DNA of 64,000 nt, from positions 2,976,001 through 3,040,000 of the forward strand of contig CAWIIB010000009.1 in NCBI GenBank assembly GCA_963836075.1, in the 5' to 3' direction. The translations under genes were made by a program, and so were the position numbers. A model generated the notes under the pieces. The model was not told where the DNA came from, did not search any database, and saw only the letters and a list, made by a program, of their open reading frames with translations. This stretch comes from an uncultured Acidobacteriota bacterium. GTDB lineage: Bacteria > Acidobacteriota > JAQAZP01. Of the stretch, positions 9,215-17,383 are shown one piece after another. The stretch's first letter is position 1; each line of letters begins with the position of its first letter.

Positions 9215-9955
9215 TCAGTACAACCCGCCGTCCACGGTGAGTACCTGGCCGGTGATGTAGGCCGCGTCGTCGGAGAGCAGGAAGAGCGCGGCGGCCGCGG
9301 CCTCGTCCACCGAGGCCATGCGGTTCATCGGGGTCATGGCCAGCAGCCGCTGGCGGGCCAGCTCGGGCAGGGTGGCGGTCATGTCCGTCTCCACCAGGCC
9401 CAGGGCGAGGCTGTTCACCCGCAGTCCCAGCTTGCCTACTTCCCGGGCCAGCGATTTGCCAAAGGCGATGGCGCCCGCTTTTGATGCCGCGTAGTTGGCC
9501 TGCCCCTCGGTGCCCATCAGGCCGCTGATCGAGGCGATGTTGAGGATCACCCCCGACTTGCGTTTCATCATCGAGACGATCACCGACTTGGTGAAGTTGA
9601 ACACCCCCTTCAGATTGACATCCAGCACCCGGTCCCAGGTCTCCTCGTCCATCATGAACAGCGCCCGGTCGGAACGGATGCCGGCGTTGTTCACCAGGAA
9701 GTCCACCTTGTCGTCGAAGGCCGTACGGAATGATTTCACCGCCGCGGTGACCGCCGCGCTGTCCGAGGCGTCAACCCGGGACGAGAGCGCCCGCACTCCC
9801 AGGGACTCCATCCGGGTCACCAGGCTGGCCGCCTCGTCCTCCCTGCTGTGGTAGGTGAAGGCCACGTGGCAGCCCCGGGCGGCCAGGGCCAGGGCGATGG
9901 CCCGCCCGATGCCTCGCGAGGCGCCGCTGACGATTGCGGTCTTGTCCTTGAACAT
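9215..9955 (-). CDS. fabG: 3-oxoacyl-ACP reductase (SDR)
   Basis: SGASRGIG, VNNAGI, NYAASKAG, ITGQVLTVDGG; real start MFKDK at 9955. Confidence 0.85.
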   Translation of the reverse strand: MFKDKTAIVSGASRGIGRAIALALAARGCHVAFTYHSREDEAASLVTRMESLGVRALSSRVDASDSAAVTAAVKSFRTAFDDKVDFLVNNAGIRSDRALFMMDEETWDRVLDVNLKGVFNFTKSVIVSMMKRKSGVILNIASISGLMGTEGQANYAASKAGAIAFGKSLAREVGKLGLRVNSLALGLVETDMTATLPELARQRLLAMTPMNRMASVDEAAAAALFLLSDDAAYITGQVLTVDGGLY

Positions 9956-10034
9956 CGCTGTCTCGATTCCTCCCGTGCTGTTTCGCTGCTCCGCCGGCTG
10001 CCGATCCAGATGTATGGTATCACGCGACAGGCGG

Positions 10035-12299
10035 TCACCGGGGCGGCAGGGTGGAGTGGTAGATCTCGAAGTTGCCGTCCCGGTGGTCGTCCCACACCAC
10101 GTGCAGCGTGCCGTCGGGCGCGGGGTAGATCGAGGCGTCCATGGAGACGGCGCCGTCCCGGGTGATCCGGGTGGTGGGCGACCAGCCTGCGGGGCCCCGG
10201 GTCTTGTGGAAGACCTCGAAGTTGCCCACCGCCGAATCGGTCCAGACCAGCAGCACCGGCCCGTCGCCGTCCTGGGCCACCGAGGGGTGCCTGATCTCGT
10301 AGGCCCGCACCCTCGGGTGGTGCCAGGTGACCCGTTCCTCGGCGCCGCGGTCGCGGCCCAGCAGGCGGTAGTAAATCTCCTGCTGCCCATGGCGGCTGTC
10401 CACCCAGACCAGGTGCGCGCCACCTCCGGCCGCCGGCCAGGCTGCGGGTTGACCGGCGGCAGTGCCCTCCGGGGTCAGCCGGGTCACCGGCCCCCACTCC
10501 CCGTGGGCCAGCCTGCGGTAGTAGATGCCCGGCGCTCCCCGGGGCGGGGTCATTTTCCAGACCAGGTGCAGCGAGCCGTCAGCGGCATCGGGAACCAGGC
10601 CGGGGAAGAAACAGCGGCCGCCGGCCGGTGTCTGGCCCACCGGTTGCGGGGCGCCGGGCGGGCCGGCGTCCAGGCGGTTGTGGAAGATCTCCCGGCGGTC
10701 CTCCAACTGCCCGGGGAAGGCGAGGTGCAAGCGGCCGGCGCTGTCGCTGCAGAAGGAGGCCTTGTAGGCCACCAGGTCCTCAGGAGAGATTCGGCGGTCG
10801 GGGCTCCAGCCCTCCGCGGTGAGCGAGCGGGTGTAGATACCCATGGTGCCGGTGCGTTCGTCGGTGTAGAGCAGTGAGAGATTCCCCTGCTGGTCGGCCA
10901 GCAGGTCGGGGGTGCGCGAGGTCCAGCCGTCGCGGGGAGAGAGGCGTTGGGGCGGCGACCACTGTCCTCCGCTGAGCACCGAGTGGTAGATTTCATAAAT
11001 AATCCGGCCGCTCTTCTCATCATCCGGGCTGCCGGTTGCCGTGTCCCCCCGGGTGTAGTCGCTGGCGTCGAACCAGACCAGGTGCGGCCGGCCCTTGCCG
11101 TCGAAGGCCACGCTCCGGTCGTGGAGCGCAGCAGTGTGCGAGTTCCCCGGGGTGCGGGTGATCCGCCGGGGTTCGCTCCAGCGGTCACGGCCACCGGGCG
11201 GCAGGGGGAGCAGACCCTGGTTGTCCAGGCCCCGGGCAATCAGCTGGGCGAAGCGGAGGTGGCCCTGGGGGGACGGGTGGGGGTCGTCGGGAAGATAGAG
11301 CCGCGCCGGTTCCGGCTCGCCGGCCAGGGGCGTGAGCAGGTCGATCAGCGGGATCTCCAGCCGGCCGCAGGTCTCGGCCAGGGCAGCCCGGACCGGATCC
11401 TCTGCCGGGTCGGCGTCGATCAGTTGAAAGAGGGCCGGCAGCAGTACCACCACCAGGCGCCGGTGTTCCCCCGCATCGCCCACCACTTCCCGCGTCCTGA
11501 GCAGTACCCGTTCGAGGCGCTTCCGCTGATCAGCATCGGACCAGAGACGGTCGTATCGCCGGCGCTGGTCCTCCGCCTCGTCGGGGCGCGCACCGCCGAG
11601 GCGCAGCAACCGGTCCCAGCGCGTGCCCAGGAAGCGGTAGAAGTAGGAGTTGGCCCGCAGCCAGCCGCGGGGCGAGAAACCGCCGGCCGCAGCCAGGCCG
11701 GACTGCGGCATCTCCAGCTCTTCGTCCTGACCCCGGGCGAGGAACGGCTTTTCCATATCGTTGACGAAGAGGCAGAGCAGGACCAGCCGCGGGCGGTAGC
11801 GGTCGATGCTCAGTTCCACCAGCGCCGCCTGCTGTTCGAGGTTGTAGCCCGGGACGCCGAGGTTGAGCAGTCGCGGGCTCTTTCCGGGCCGGGCCAGGCC
11901 GGCGGCAGAAGTTTCCAGCAGCCTGGGAAAGGCCTGCTCCACGGCCACGCCGAATCCGGCGGTGAGCGAATCGCCCACCACGGCCACCCGCAGCTCTTTT
12001 GGCGAGAGCTGCTCGGGGAACGGGCGGTCGCGGAACCCGGCCTTGTTGGTGCGGAAGGGGACGCCGGCCACCTCGATCTCCAGTCCGGGGGCCAGGCTGT
12101 AGACCAGTGCCTGTTGCTCCGCCGGGACACAGCTCTCCCGCCAGTCCCAGCGCAGACCCATCAGCATGCTCTCGGCAATCCGGCAGGCGGCCTCACCGAT
12201 GGCCGCGGCCGCGGCCATGGTGAGAACGAGCAGGAGCAGGGAGGGCCAGAGCCGCCGGGTTCGCCGTCCCTCATCGTTCTGTTTTCGCTTGCCGGTCAT
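10035..12299 (-). CDS. membrane-anchored SGNH/GDSL hydrolase fused to a C-terminal beta-propeller
   Basis: TM segment; GDSLTAG, NLGVPGY, FVND, DPHP; repeated HLVW...EIYH/Y and WS motifs. Confidence 0.82.
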   Translation of the reverse strand: MTGKRKQNDEGRRTRRLWPSLLLLVLTMAAAAAIGEAACRIAESMLMGLRWDWRESCVPAEQQALVYSLAPGLEIEVAGVPFRTNKAGFRDRPFPEQLSPKELRVAVVGDSLTAGFGVAVEQAFPRLLETSAAGLARPGKSPRLLNLGVPGYNLEQQAALVELSIDRYRPRLVLLCLFVNDMEKPFLARGQDEELEMPQSGLAAAGGFSPRGWLRANSYFYRFLGTRWDRLLRLGGARPDEAEDQRRRYDRLWSDADQRKRLERVLLRTREVVGDAGEHRRLVVVLLPALFQLIDADPAEDPVRAALAETCGRLEIPLIDLLTPLAGEPEPARLYLPDDPHPSPQGHLRFAQLIARGLDNQGLLPLPPGGRDRWSEPRRITRTPGNSHTAALHDRSVAFDGKGRPHLVWFDASDYTRGDTATGSPDDEKSGRIIYEIYHSVLSGGQWSPPQRLSPRDGWTSRTPDLLADQQGNLSLLYTDERTGTMGIYTRSLTAEGWSPDRRISPEDLVAYKASFCSDSAGRLHLAFPGQLEDRREIFHNRLDAGPPGAPQPVGQTPAGGRCFFPGLVPDAADGSLHLVWKMTPPRGAPGIYYRRLAHGEWGPVTRLTPEGTAAGQPAAWPAAGGGAHLVWVDSRHGQQEIYYRLLGRDRGAEERVTWHHPRVRAYEIRHPSVAQDGDGPVLLVWTDSAVGNFEVFHKTRGPAGWSPTTRITRDGAVSMDASIYPAPDGTLHVVWDDHRDGNFEIYHSTLPPR

Positions 12300-12492
12300 G
12301 ACGCTCCGGGGGCCGGGTTCGAACGGTTGGAAAGACCGCCACCATCTTAGGGACGGCCCCGGGCAGTGTCAACGACCCGGGAATTGAAGTGCCGGATCAA
12401 GAAATAGTAGTATCGTTACCACTTCCGTGGAAGACAGTAGACGTTTTCCCAACGGTTTCTGGGGTAACACATAGATCAGCCGGGAGGTTGAG

Positions 12493-13173
12493 ATGAGCTT
12501 TTCCGACGGCATCTTTGCCGAGATGACAGACACCGTGGTCCGCTGCGACCGCGAGGCCGCCACCGAACTGGCCCGCCGGGCCCTGGACCAGGGGGTGCCG
12601 CCGGTGCGGGCACTGGAGGAGGGGTTCGTCCCCGGGATCCGCCGGGTGGGGGACCTCTGGGAGGAAGGGGAGTATTTTCTCCCCGAACTGCTGGCTGCTG
12701 CCGAGGCGATGAAGGCGGCGATGACCATCCTCGAGCCGGCCCTGCGCGGCGAGGGCGGCCAGGCGCCGGAGAAACGCGGCACGGTGGTGATCGGCACCAT
12801 CCAGGGCGACATCCACGACATCGGCAAGTCGCTGGTGGCGGCGATGCTCGCCGCCATGGGTTTTCATGTCATCGACCTCGGGCCCGATGTGGCCTACCAC
12901 CGGTTCGTCGACACCGTGCGCGAGGAGAAGGCGGACCTGCTCTGCATGTCCGCCCTGCTGACCACGACCATGAGCGGTCATGGCGACGTGATCCGCATGC
13001 TCGAGGAGCAGGGTCTGCGCCAGGACGTGAAGGTCCTGGTGGGCGGTTCGCCGGTGGACCTGGCCTGGGCCGAGCGCATCGGCGCCGATGGCTACGCGCC
13101 CAATGCCATGGACGCGGTGCGGGCGGCGGAGAAGGTTCTGGGCCTGGAACAGGCGGGGCCGGGAGGCGCGTGA
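12493..13173 (+). CDS. methyltransferase cognate corrinoid (B12-binding) protein, MttC-like
   Basis: GEYFLPEL cap, GDIHDIGK, SALLTTTM, VGG. Confidence 0.93.
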   Translation: MSFSDGIFAEMTDTVVRCDREAATELARRALDQGVPPVRALEEGFVPGIRRVGDLWEEGEYFLPELLAAAEAMKAAMTILEPALRGEGGQAPEKRGTVVIGTIQGDIHDIGKSLVAAMLAAMGFHVIDLGPDVAYHRFVDTVREEKADLLCMSALLTTTMSGHGDVIRMLEEQGLRQDVKVLVGGSPVDLAWAERIGADGYAPNAMDAVRAAEKVLGLEQAGPGGA

Positions 13174-14069
13174 TGGATATTCTCCAACATCTGGCCCAGC
13201 GCACCGTGCTCTTTGACGGCGGCCTGGGCTCGGCACTGATCGCCCGCGGCCTGCCCGTGGGATCGGGGCCCGAGCGCTGGAACCTCGAGCGGCCGGAAGA
13301 GGTGCGCGAGGTGCATCGGGCCTACTTCGAGGCCGGCGCAGAAGTGGTGCAGACCAACACTTTCGGCTGTAACCTGGTCAAGCTGGAAAGCGAGGGCCTG
13401 GGTGACCAGGAGGAAGAGATCAATGCGGCCGGGGCCGAGATGGCGGTGGCGATCCGGCCCCGCGACCGCTTCGTCTGCGGCGACATGGGGCCCACCGGCA
13501 AGCTGCTCAAGCCCCACGGCGAACTGGACCCGGCGGCCGTCGAGGACGCCTATGCCCGGCAGGCGCTGATGCTGTTGGGCGGCGGGGTGGACTTCCTGGC
13601 CGTGGAGACCATCTTTCAGCTGGCCGAAGCCGAGGCGGCGCTCCGCGGCATCCGCCAGGTGAGTGACGGGCCGGTGCTGGTCTCGCTGACCTTTGAACGG
13701 AAAAAGCGTGGATTCTTCACCATCATGGGCGAGACGCCGGCCATGGTGGCCGAGACCCTGGGCGAACTGGGCGTCGACGTCCTCGGCGCCAACTGCACCC
13801 TCACCACGGGGGACATGGTGGCGCTGGCCGAGGAGTTCCGGCAGGTCACCCGTCTTCCCCTGGTGATGCAGCCCAATGCCGGCCAGCCCCGGGCGTCCGC
13901 TGACGGCGGGCCGCCGACCTACGAATTCGACCGGAACGATTTTCTGGAGAACATGATGCGCATGGCCGACATCGGGATCAACGGCCTGGGCGGGTGCTGC
14001 GGCACCGACCCGGGCCTGATCGCCGACCTGCGGCAGCGCCTGGATCAGCGGCAAGGAGGGGGGAGATGA
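13170..14069 (+). CDS. stand-alone homocysteine S-methyltransferase (MetH N-terminal domain)
   Basis: FDGGLG, TNTFG, GANC, PNAG, GGCCGT zinc ligands. Confidence 0.92.
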   Translation: MMDILQHLAQRTVLFDGGLGSALIARGLPVGSGPERWNLERPEEVREVHRAYFEAGAEVVQTNTFGCNLVKLESEGLGDQEEEINAAGAEMAVAIRPRDRFVCGDMGPTGKLLKPHGELDPAAVEDAYARQALMLLGGGVDFLAVETIFQLAEAEAALRGIRQVSDGPVLVSLTFERKKRGFFTIMGETPAMVAETLGELGVDVLGANCTLTTGDMVALAEEFRQVTRLPLVMQPNAGQPRASADGGPPTYEFDRNDFLENMMRMADIGINGLGGCCGTDPGLIADLRQRLDQRQGGGR

Positions 14070-15559
14070 AGGGGATCAGACCGACCGTGCGGCCCTTGAG
14101 CGAGGAAATGGTGGAGCGGGTCTACAGCGAGGCGCTGGACGTCCTGGCCCGCAAGGGCATCTTCGTGGAGAACGACGAGGCCCTCGAGCTTCTCGACGGG
14201 GCGGGGGCGCGGCCCGAGGGGAGCGGGCCGCAGAGCGGCGAGGCCAGCCGCGTGGTCCGCCTGCCCGGGGATCTGGTGGCCCGGGCCCTGGAGAGCGCCC
14301 CGAAACGGATCCGGGTCTACGATGCAGCCGGTGAGCTGGCCATGGACCTGGGGGAGGACCGGGTCCATTTCGACCCTGGTTCAGCGGCGATCAATATCCT
14401 CGACGGCGACAGCGGCCTCCAGCGGAAGCCGACGTCGCAGGACGCCCTCAACTTCTCCCGGCTGACCAATGCCCTGTCCCAGATGAATGCCCAGAGCACC
14501 GGGGTGGTACCGGCCGACGTCCCCGAGGGGCTGGCCGACCGCTACCGGCTCTATCTCGCCCTGCACGGATCGCGGAAACCGGTGGTCACCGGCACCTTCG
14601 AGGTGCAGGCCATGGCCCCGATGCTGGAGATGCTCACGGTGATCAGGGGCGGGGCGGATGCGCTGCGGGAGAAACCGCTGGCCATCTTTGACGCCTGCCC
14701 CTCGCCGCCGCTGCGCTGGAGCCGGCTGACCTGCCAGAGCCTTATCGACTGCGCCCGGGCCGGCGTGCCTTCGGAGATCGTCTCCATGCCCCTGTCCGGG
14801 GCCACCGCGCCGGTGACCCTGCTGGGCTCGGTGGTCCAGCACTGTGCCGAGGTGATCAGCGCCTATGTCATCGCCCACCTGGCCGCCCCCGGGGCACCGG
14901 TGGTCTACGGCGGCTCGCCGGCCATCTTCGACATGCGCAAGGGCACCACGCCCATGGGGGCCATCGAGACGATGATGATCGACTCGGCCAACGTCCAGGT
15001 GGGCAAGCGCCTGGGCCTGCCGACCCACGCCTACATGGCGCTCAGCGATTCCAAGACCCTCGATGCCCAGGCCGGGCTGGAGAGCGGCATGGGCGCCATG
15101 CTGGCCGCGCTGAGCGGGGTGAACATGGTCTCCGGACCGGGAATGCTCGACTACGAGAGCTGTCAGAGCCTGGAAAAACTGGTGCTGGACAACGAGATCT
15201 GCGGCATGGCCCAGCGCCTCATCGCCGGTCTCCAGCCGCGGGAGGAACAGCTGGCCGCCGACCTGATGGAGGAGTCGTTCACCGATCCCCGTTTCCTCTC
15301 CCGGCCCAGCACGCTCAAGTGGTTCCGCCAGGAGCAGTACATCCCCGGCAAGGTGATCGAACGTTCCACCCTCGGCGAGTGGGAGCAGGCGGGCCGCATG
15401 TCGCTGACCACCAGGGCCCGGGACGAGGTGGTCCGCATCCTCGCCGAAGAGGAGAAGAACGGCTACCGGCTGGACGAGGCAAAGAGCCGCGAGCTGACCA
15501 GGATCATCAGCAGCGAGGCAAAGGGGTTCGGCCTGGAGAAGCCGCCCGTCACTTTTTAG
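14066..15559 (+). CDS. trimethylamine methyltransferase MttB superfamily protein (non-pyrrolysine)
   Basis: SPPLR, GATAPVTLLG, PGAPVVYGG, DMRKG, ALSDSKTLDAQAGLE, SLEKLVLDNE; ATGA overlap with the upstream gene. Confidence 0.92.
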   Translation: MKGIRPTVRPLSEEMVERVYSEALDVLARKGIFVENDEALELLDGAGARPEGSGPQSGEASRVVRLPGDLVARALESAPKRIRVYDAAGELAMDLGEDRVHFDPGSAAINILDGDSGLQRKPTSQDALNFSRLTNALSQMNAQSTGVVPADVPEGLADRYRLYLALHGSRKPVVTGTFEVQAMAPMLEMLTVIRGGADALREKPLAIFDACPSPPLRWSRLTCQSLIDCARAGVPSEIVSMPLSGATAPVTLLGSVVQHCAEVISAYVIAHLAAPGAPVVYGGSPAIFDMRKGTTPMGAIETMMIDSANVQVGKRLGLPTHAYMALSDSKTLDAQAGLESGMGAMLAALSGVNMVSGPGMLDYESCQSLEKLVLDNEICGMAQRLIAGLQPREEQLAADLMEESFTDPRFLSRPSTLKWFRQEQYIPGKVIERSTLGEWEQAGRMSLTTRARDEVVRILAEEEKNGYRLDEAKSRELTRIISSEAKGFGLEKPPVTF

Positions 15560-15885
15560 CCCGGGCACTTCTGGTAGTCTGAAGGCCGTGGCCATGTCCG
15601 CCGCGGTCTTGTTTTCATCAGACAAGCTGTTTCCAATAGCACGATTTTTTGTCACCACCAGTAACAAGGGGTCACCCTTGTTGTCCGCCACTGTTCTATC
15701 CCTCCTGTTTTCAAAGCTTGACCCGCCTCCTAATTCTGTCAACGCCTTGACATGTGAATCACATCTCTGTCATCCGGGGCCCAGAGAAACGATCAAGAAA
15801 CTTGTCCGTGCCGCCGATAGGTAAATTGTGAATGTGACCGTAGTTGCTGTGGTTTACGGCGCCAGGTCAACGGTGATGAAGCATT

Positions 15886-15901
15886 TGGCACGAAGATTGC
15901 T
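15886..15901 (+). promoter_or_regulatory. sigma-54 promoter
   Basis: TGGCACG-AAGA-TTGCT, an exact -24/-12 consensus match; upstream dyad TGTCAA-N4-TTGACA at 15737-15752. Confidence 0.8.
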
Positions 15902-15970
15902 CGAACGTCCATGGGAATGTACTGATCATAATCTTTGCTGAGGAAATTAGGGACATCGGAGGTGCATGAG

Positions 15971-17221
15971 ATGTATTCGACCAAGTTGAGCCCCAGACAT
16001 GAAAAAACCGGAGCAGCGCTTCTTGCGGTGCAAAGCCATCGCAAGCTGTGGTTTGGCCTTCTCTGTATCCTGACGGTCCTGTTCCTCTCTCTGCCTGCAT
16101 TGGCGCAGGTGGATGTCCAGGTGACCTGGGACGCCAACACCGAACCGGACCTCGCCGGCTACAATGTCTGGTGGGGCACCGAGGCCGGCATCTATCCCAA
16201 CTCCCAATCGGCCGGGACCGCCACCTCCGACATTATCTACGGGCTGAGCGAGGGGACCACGTACTACATTGCGGTGACCGCGTACGACCTGGCGGACAAC
16301 GAGAGCGCCAAGTCCCAGTGGGCCAGCATCACCCCCGACCTGACACCGCCCGCCTTCTCCAACATCTCTGCCGGATCGATCACCGAAAACAGCGTGACCA
16401 TCACCTGGAACACCGACGAACCGGCCACCTCTCGCGTGGAGTATGGTGAGAACCTTTCCTACGGCAGCCAGACCGCGCTCGACCCGGCGCTGGTGATCAG
16501 CCACAGTGTGGTGGTCAACGGCCTCGATGCCTGGACCACCTACCATTACCGGGTGAAGTCCAACGACGGCGCCGGCAACCAGGGGATCTCCGGTGACAAC
16601 GTCTTCACCACCGACGACACCACCGACCCGGTGATCAGCGACATCCAGGTTATCGACATCGGTGACAACGGGGCCACCATCACCTGGACCACAGACGAGC
16701 CGGCCACCTCCCGGGTGGACTATGGCGAGACCGCCGCATACGGCAGCAACGTGCAGGACCCGACGCTGGTGACCAGCCACTCGATGTCCATCACCGGTCT
16801 CGAATCGAACACCACCTATCACTTCAGGGTGCGCAGCGTCGATGAGAACAGCAACCTGGCCCAGTCGGCCGACGACACCTTCCAGACCACCGACAGCGGT
16901 GCACCAGTGATCACCACTATCGTCGCCACCGGCATCACCGCGGACAGCGTGACCATCACCTGGACCACCGATGAGCCGGCGACCTCCTTGGTCCGCTACG
17001 GCGAGACGGCGTCCTACGGCAGCGATGCCAGCGTCGGCGGTATGACCACCAGCCACAGCGTGACCATCACGGGTCTCACCGATGACACCACTTATCACTA
17101 CCAGGTGGAGAGCACCGATGCCTCGGACAACACCTCCACTTCCAGTGACCGGACCTTCGACACCCTCGACGAGACGGCGCCGGCGGCTCCCACCGGAGTG
17201 GATGTGGTTGTGGTGAGCTAG
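15971..17221 (+). CDS. secreted fibronectin type III repeat protein
   Basis: Signal peptide; WDANTEPDLAGY domain then three ITWxTDEPATSxVxYG...TYHY repeats; SD GGAGGT. Confidence 0.9.
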   Translation: MYSTKLSPRHEKTGAALLAVQSHRKLWFGLLCILTVLFLSLPALAQVDVQVTWDANTEPDLAGYNVWWGTEAGIYPNSQSAGTATSDIIYGLSEGTTYYIAVTAYDLADNESAKSQWASITPDLTPPAFSNISAGSITENSVTITWNTDEPATSRVEYGENLSYGSQTALDPALVISHSVVVNGLDAWTTYHYRVKSNDGAGNQGISGDNVFTTDDTTDPVISDIQVIDIGDNGATITWTTDEPATSRVDYGETAAYGSNVQDPTLVTSHSMSITGLESNTTYHFRVRSVDENSNLAQSADDTFQTTDSGAPVITTIVATGITADSVTITWTTDEPATSLVRYGETASYGSDASVGGMTTSHSVTITGLTDDTTYHYQVESTDASDNTSTSSDRTFDTLDETAPAAPTGVDVVVVS

Positions 17222-17248
17222 AACTGAACTTCAAGGAGTGGAAACAGC

Positions 17249-17284
17249 AAAGCGCCGGGAGGACAACCTCCCGGCGCTTTTTTT
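17249..17284 (+). terminator. intrinsic terminator
   Basis: AAAGCGCCGGGAGG-ACAA-CCTCCCGGCGCTTTTTTT. Confidence 0.9.
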
Positions 17285-17295
17285 GCGTCAGTGCG

Positions 17296-17361
17296 TCAGG
17301 GACGTACATGAATATATGAATATTTCCTTGGAAATATTCATATATTCATGTACGTCCCTGA
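17296..17361. repeat. perfect 66-bp AT-rich palindrome (32-bp arms, TT spacer)
   Basis: TCAGGGACGTACATGAATATATGAATATTTCC-TT-GGAAATATTCATATATTCATGTACGTCCCTGA. Confidence 0.95.
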
Positions 17362-17383
17362 AAGAACTGAAAGAACGCGATAC

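Noticed and set aside
9956-10423. N-terminal extension of FabG
   Set aside because: Overlaps the SGNH gene in another frame; SD GGAGG precedes ATG 9955
14066-15559. Pyrrolysine recoding in MttB
   Set aside because: No in-frame TAG; Leu occupies the Pyl position
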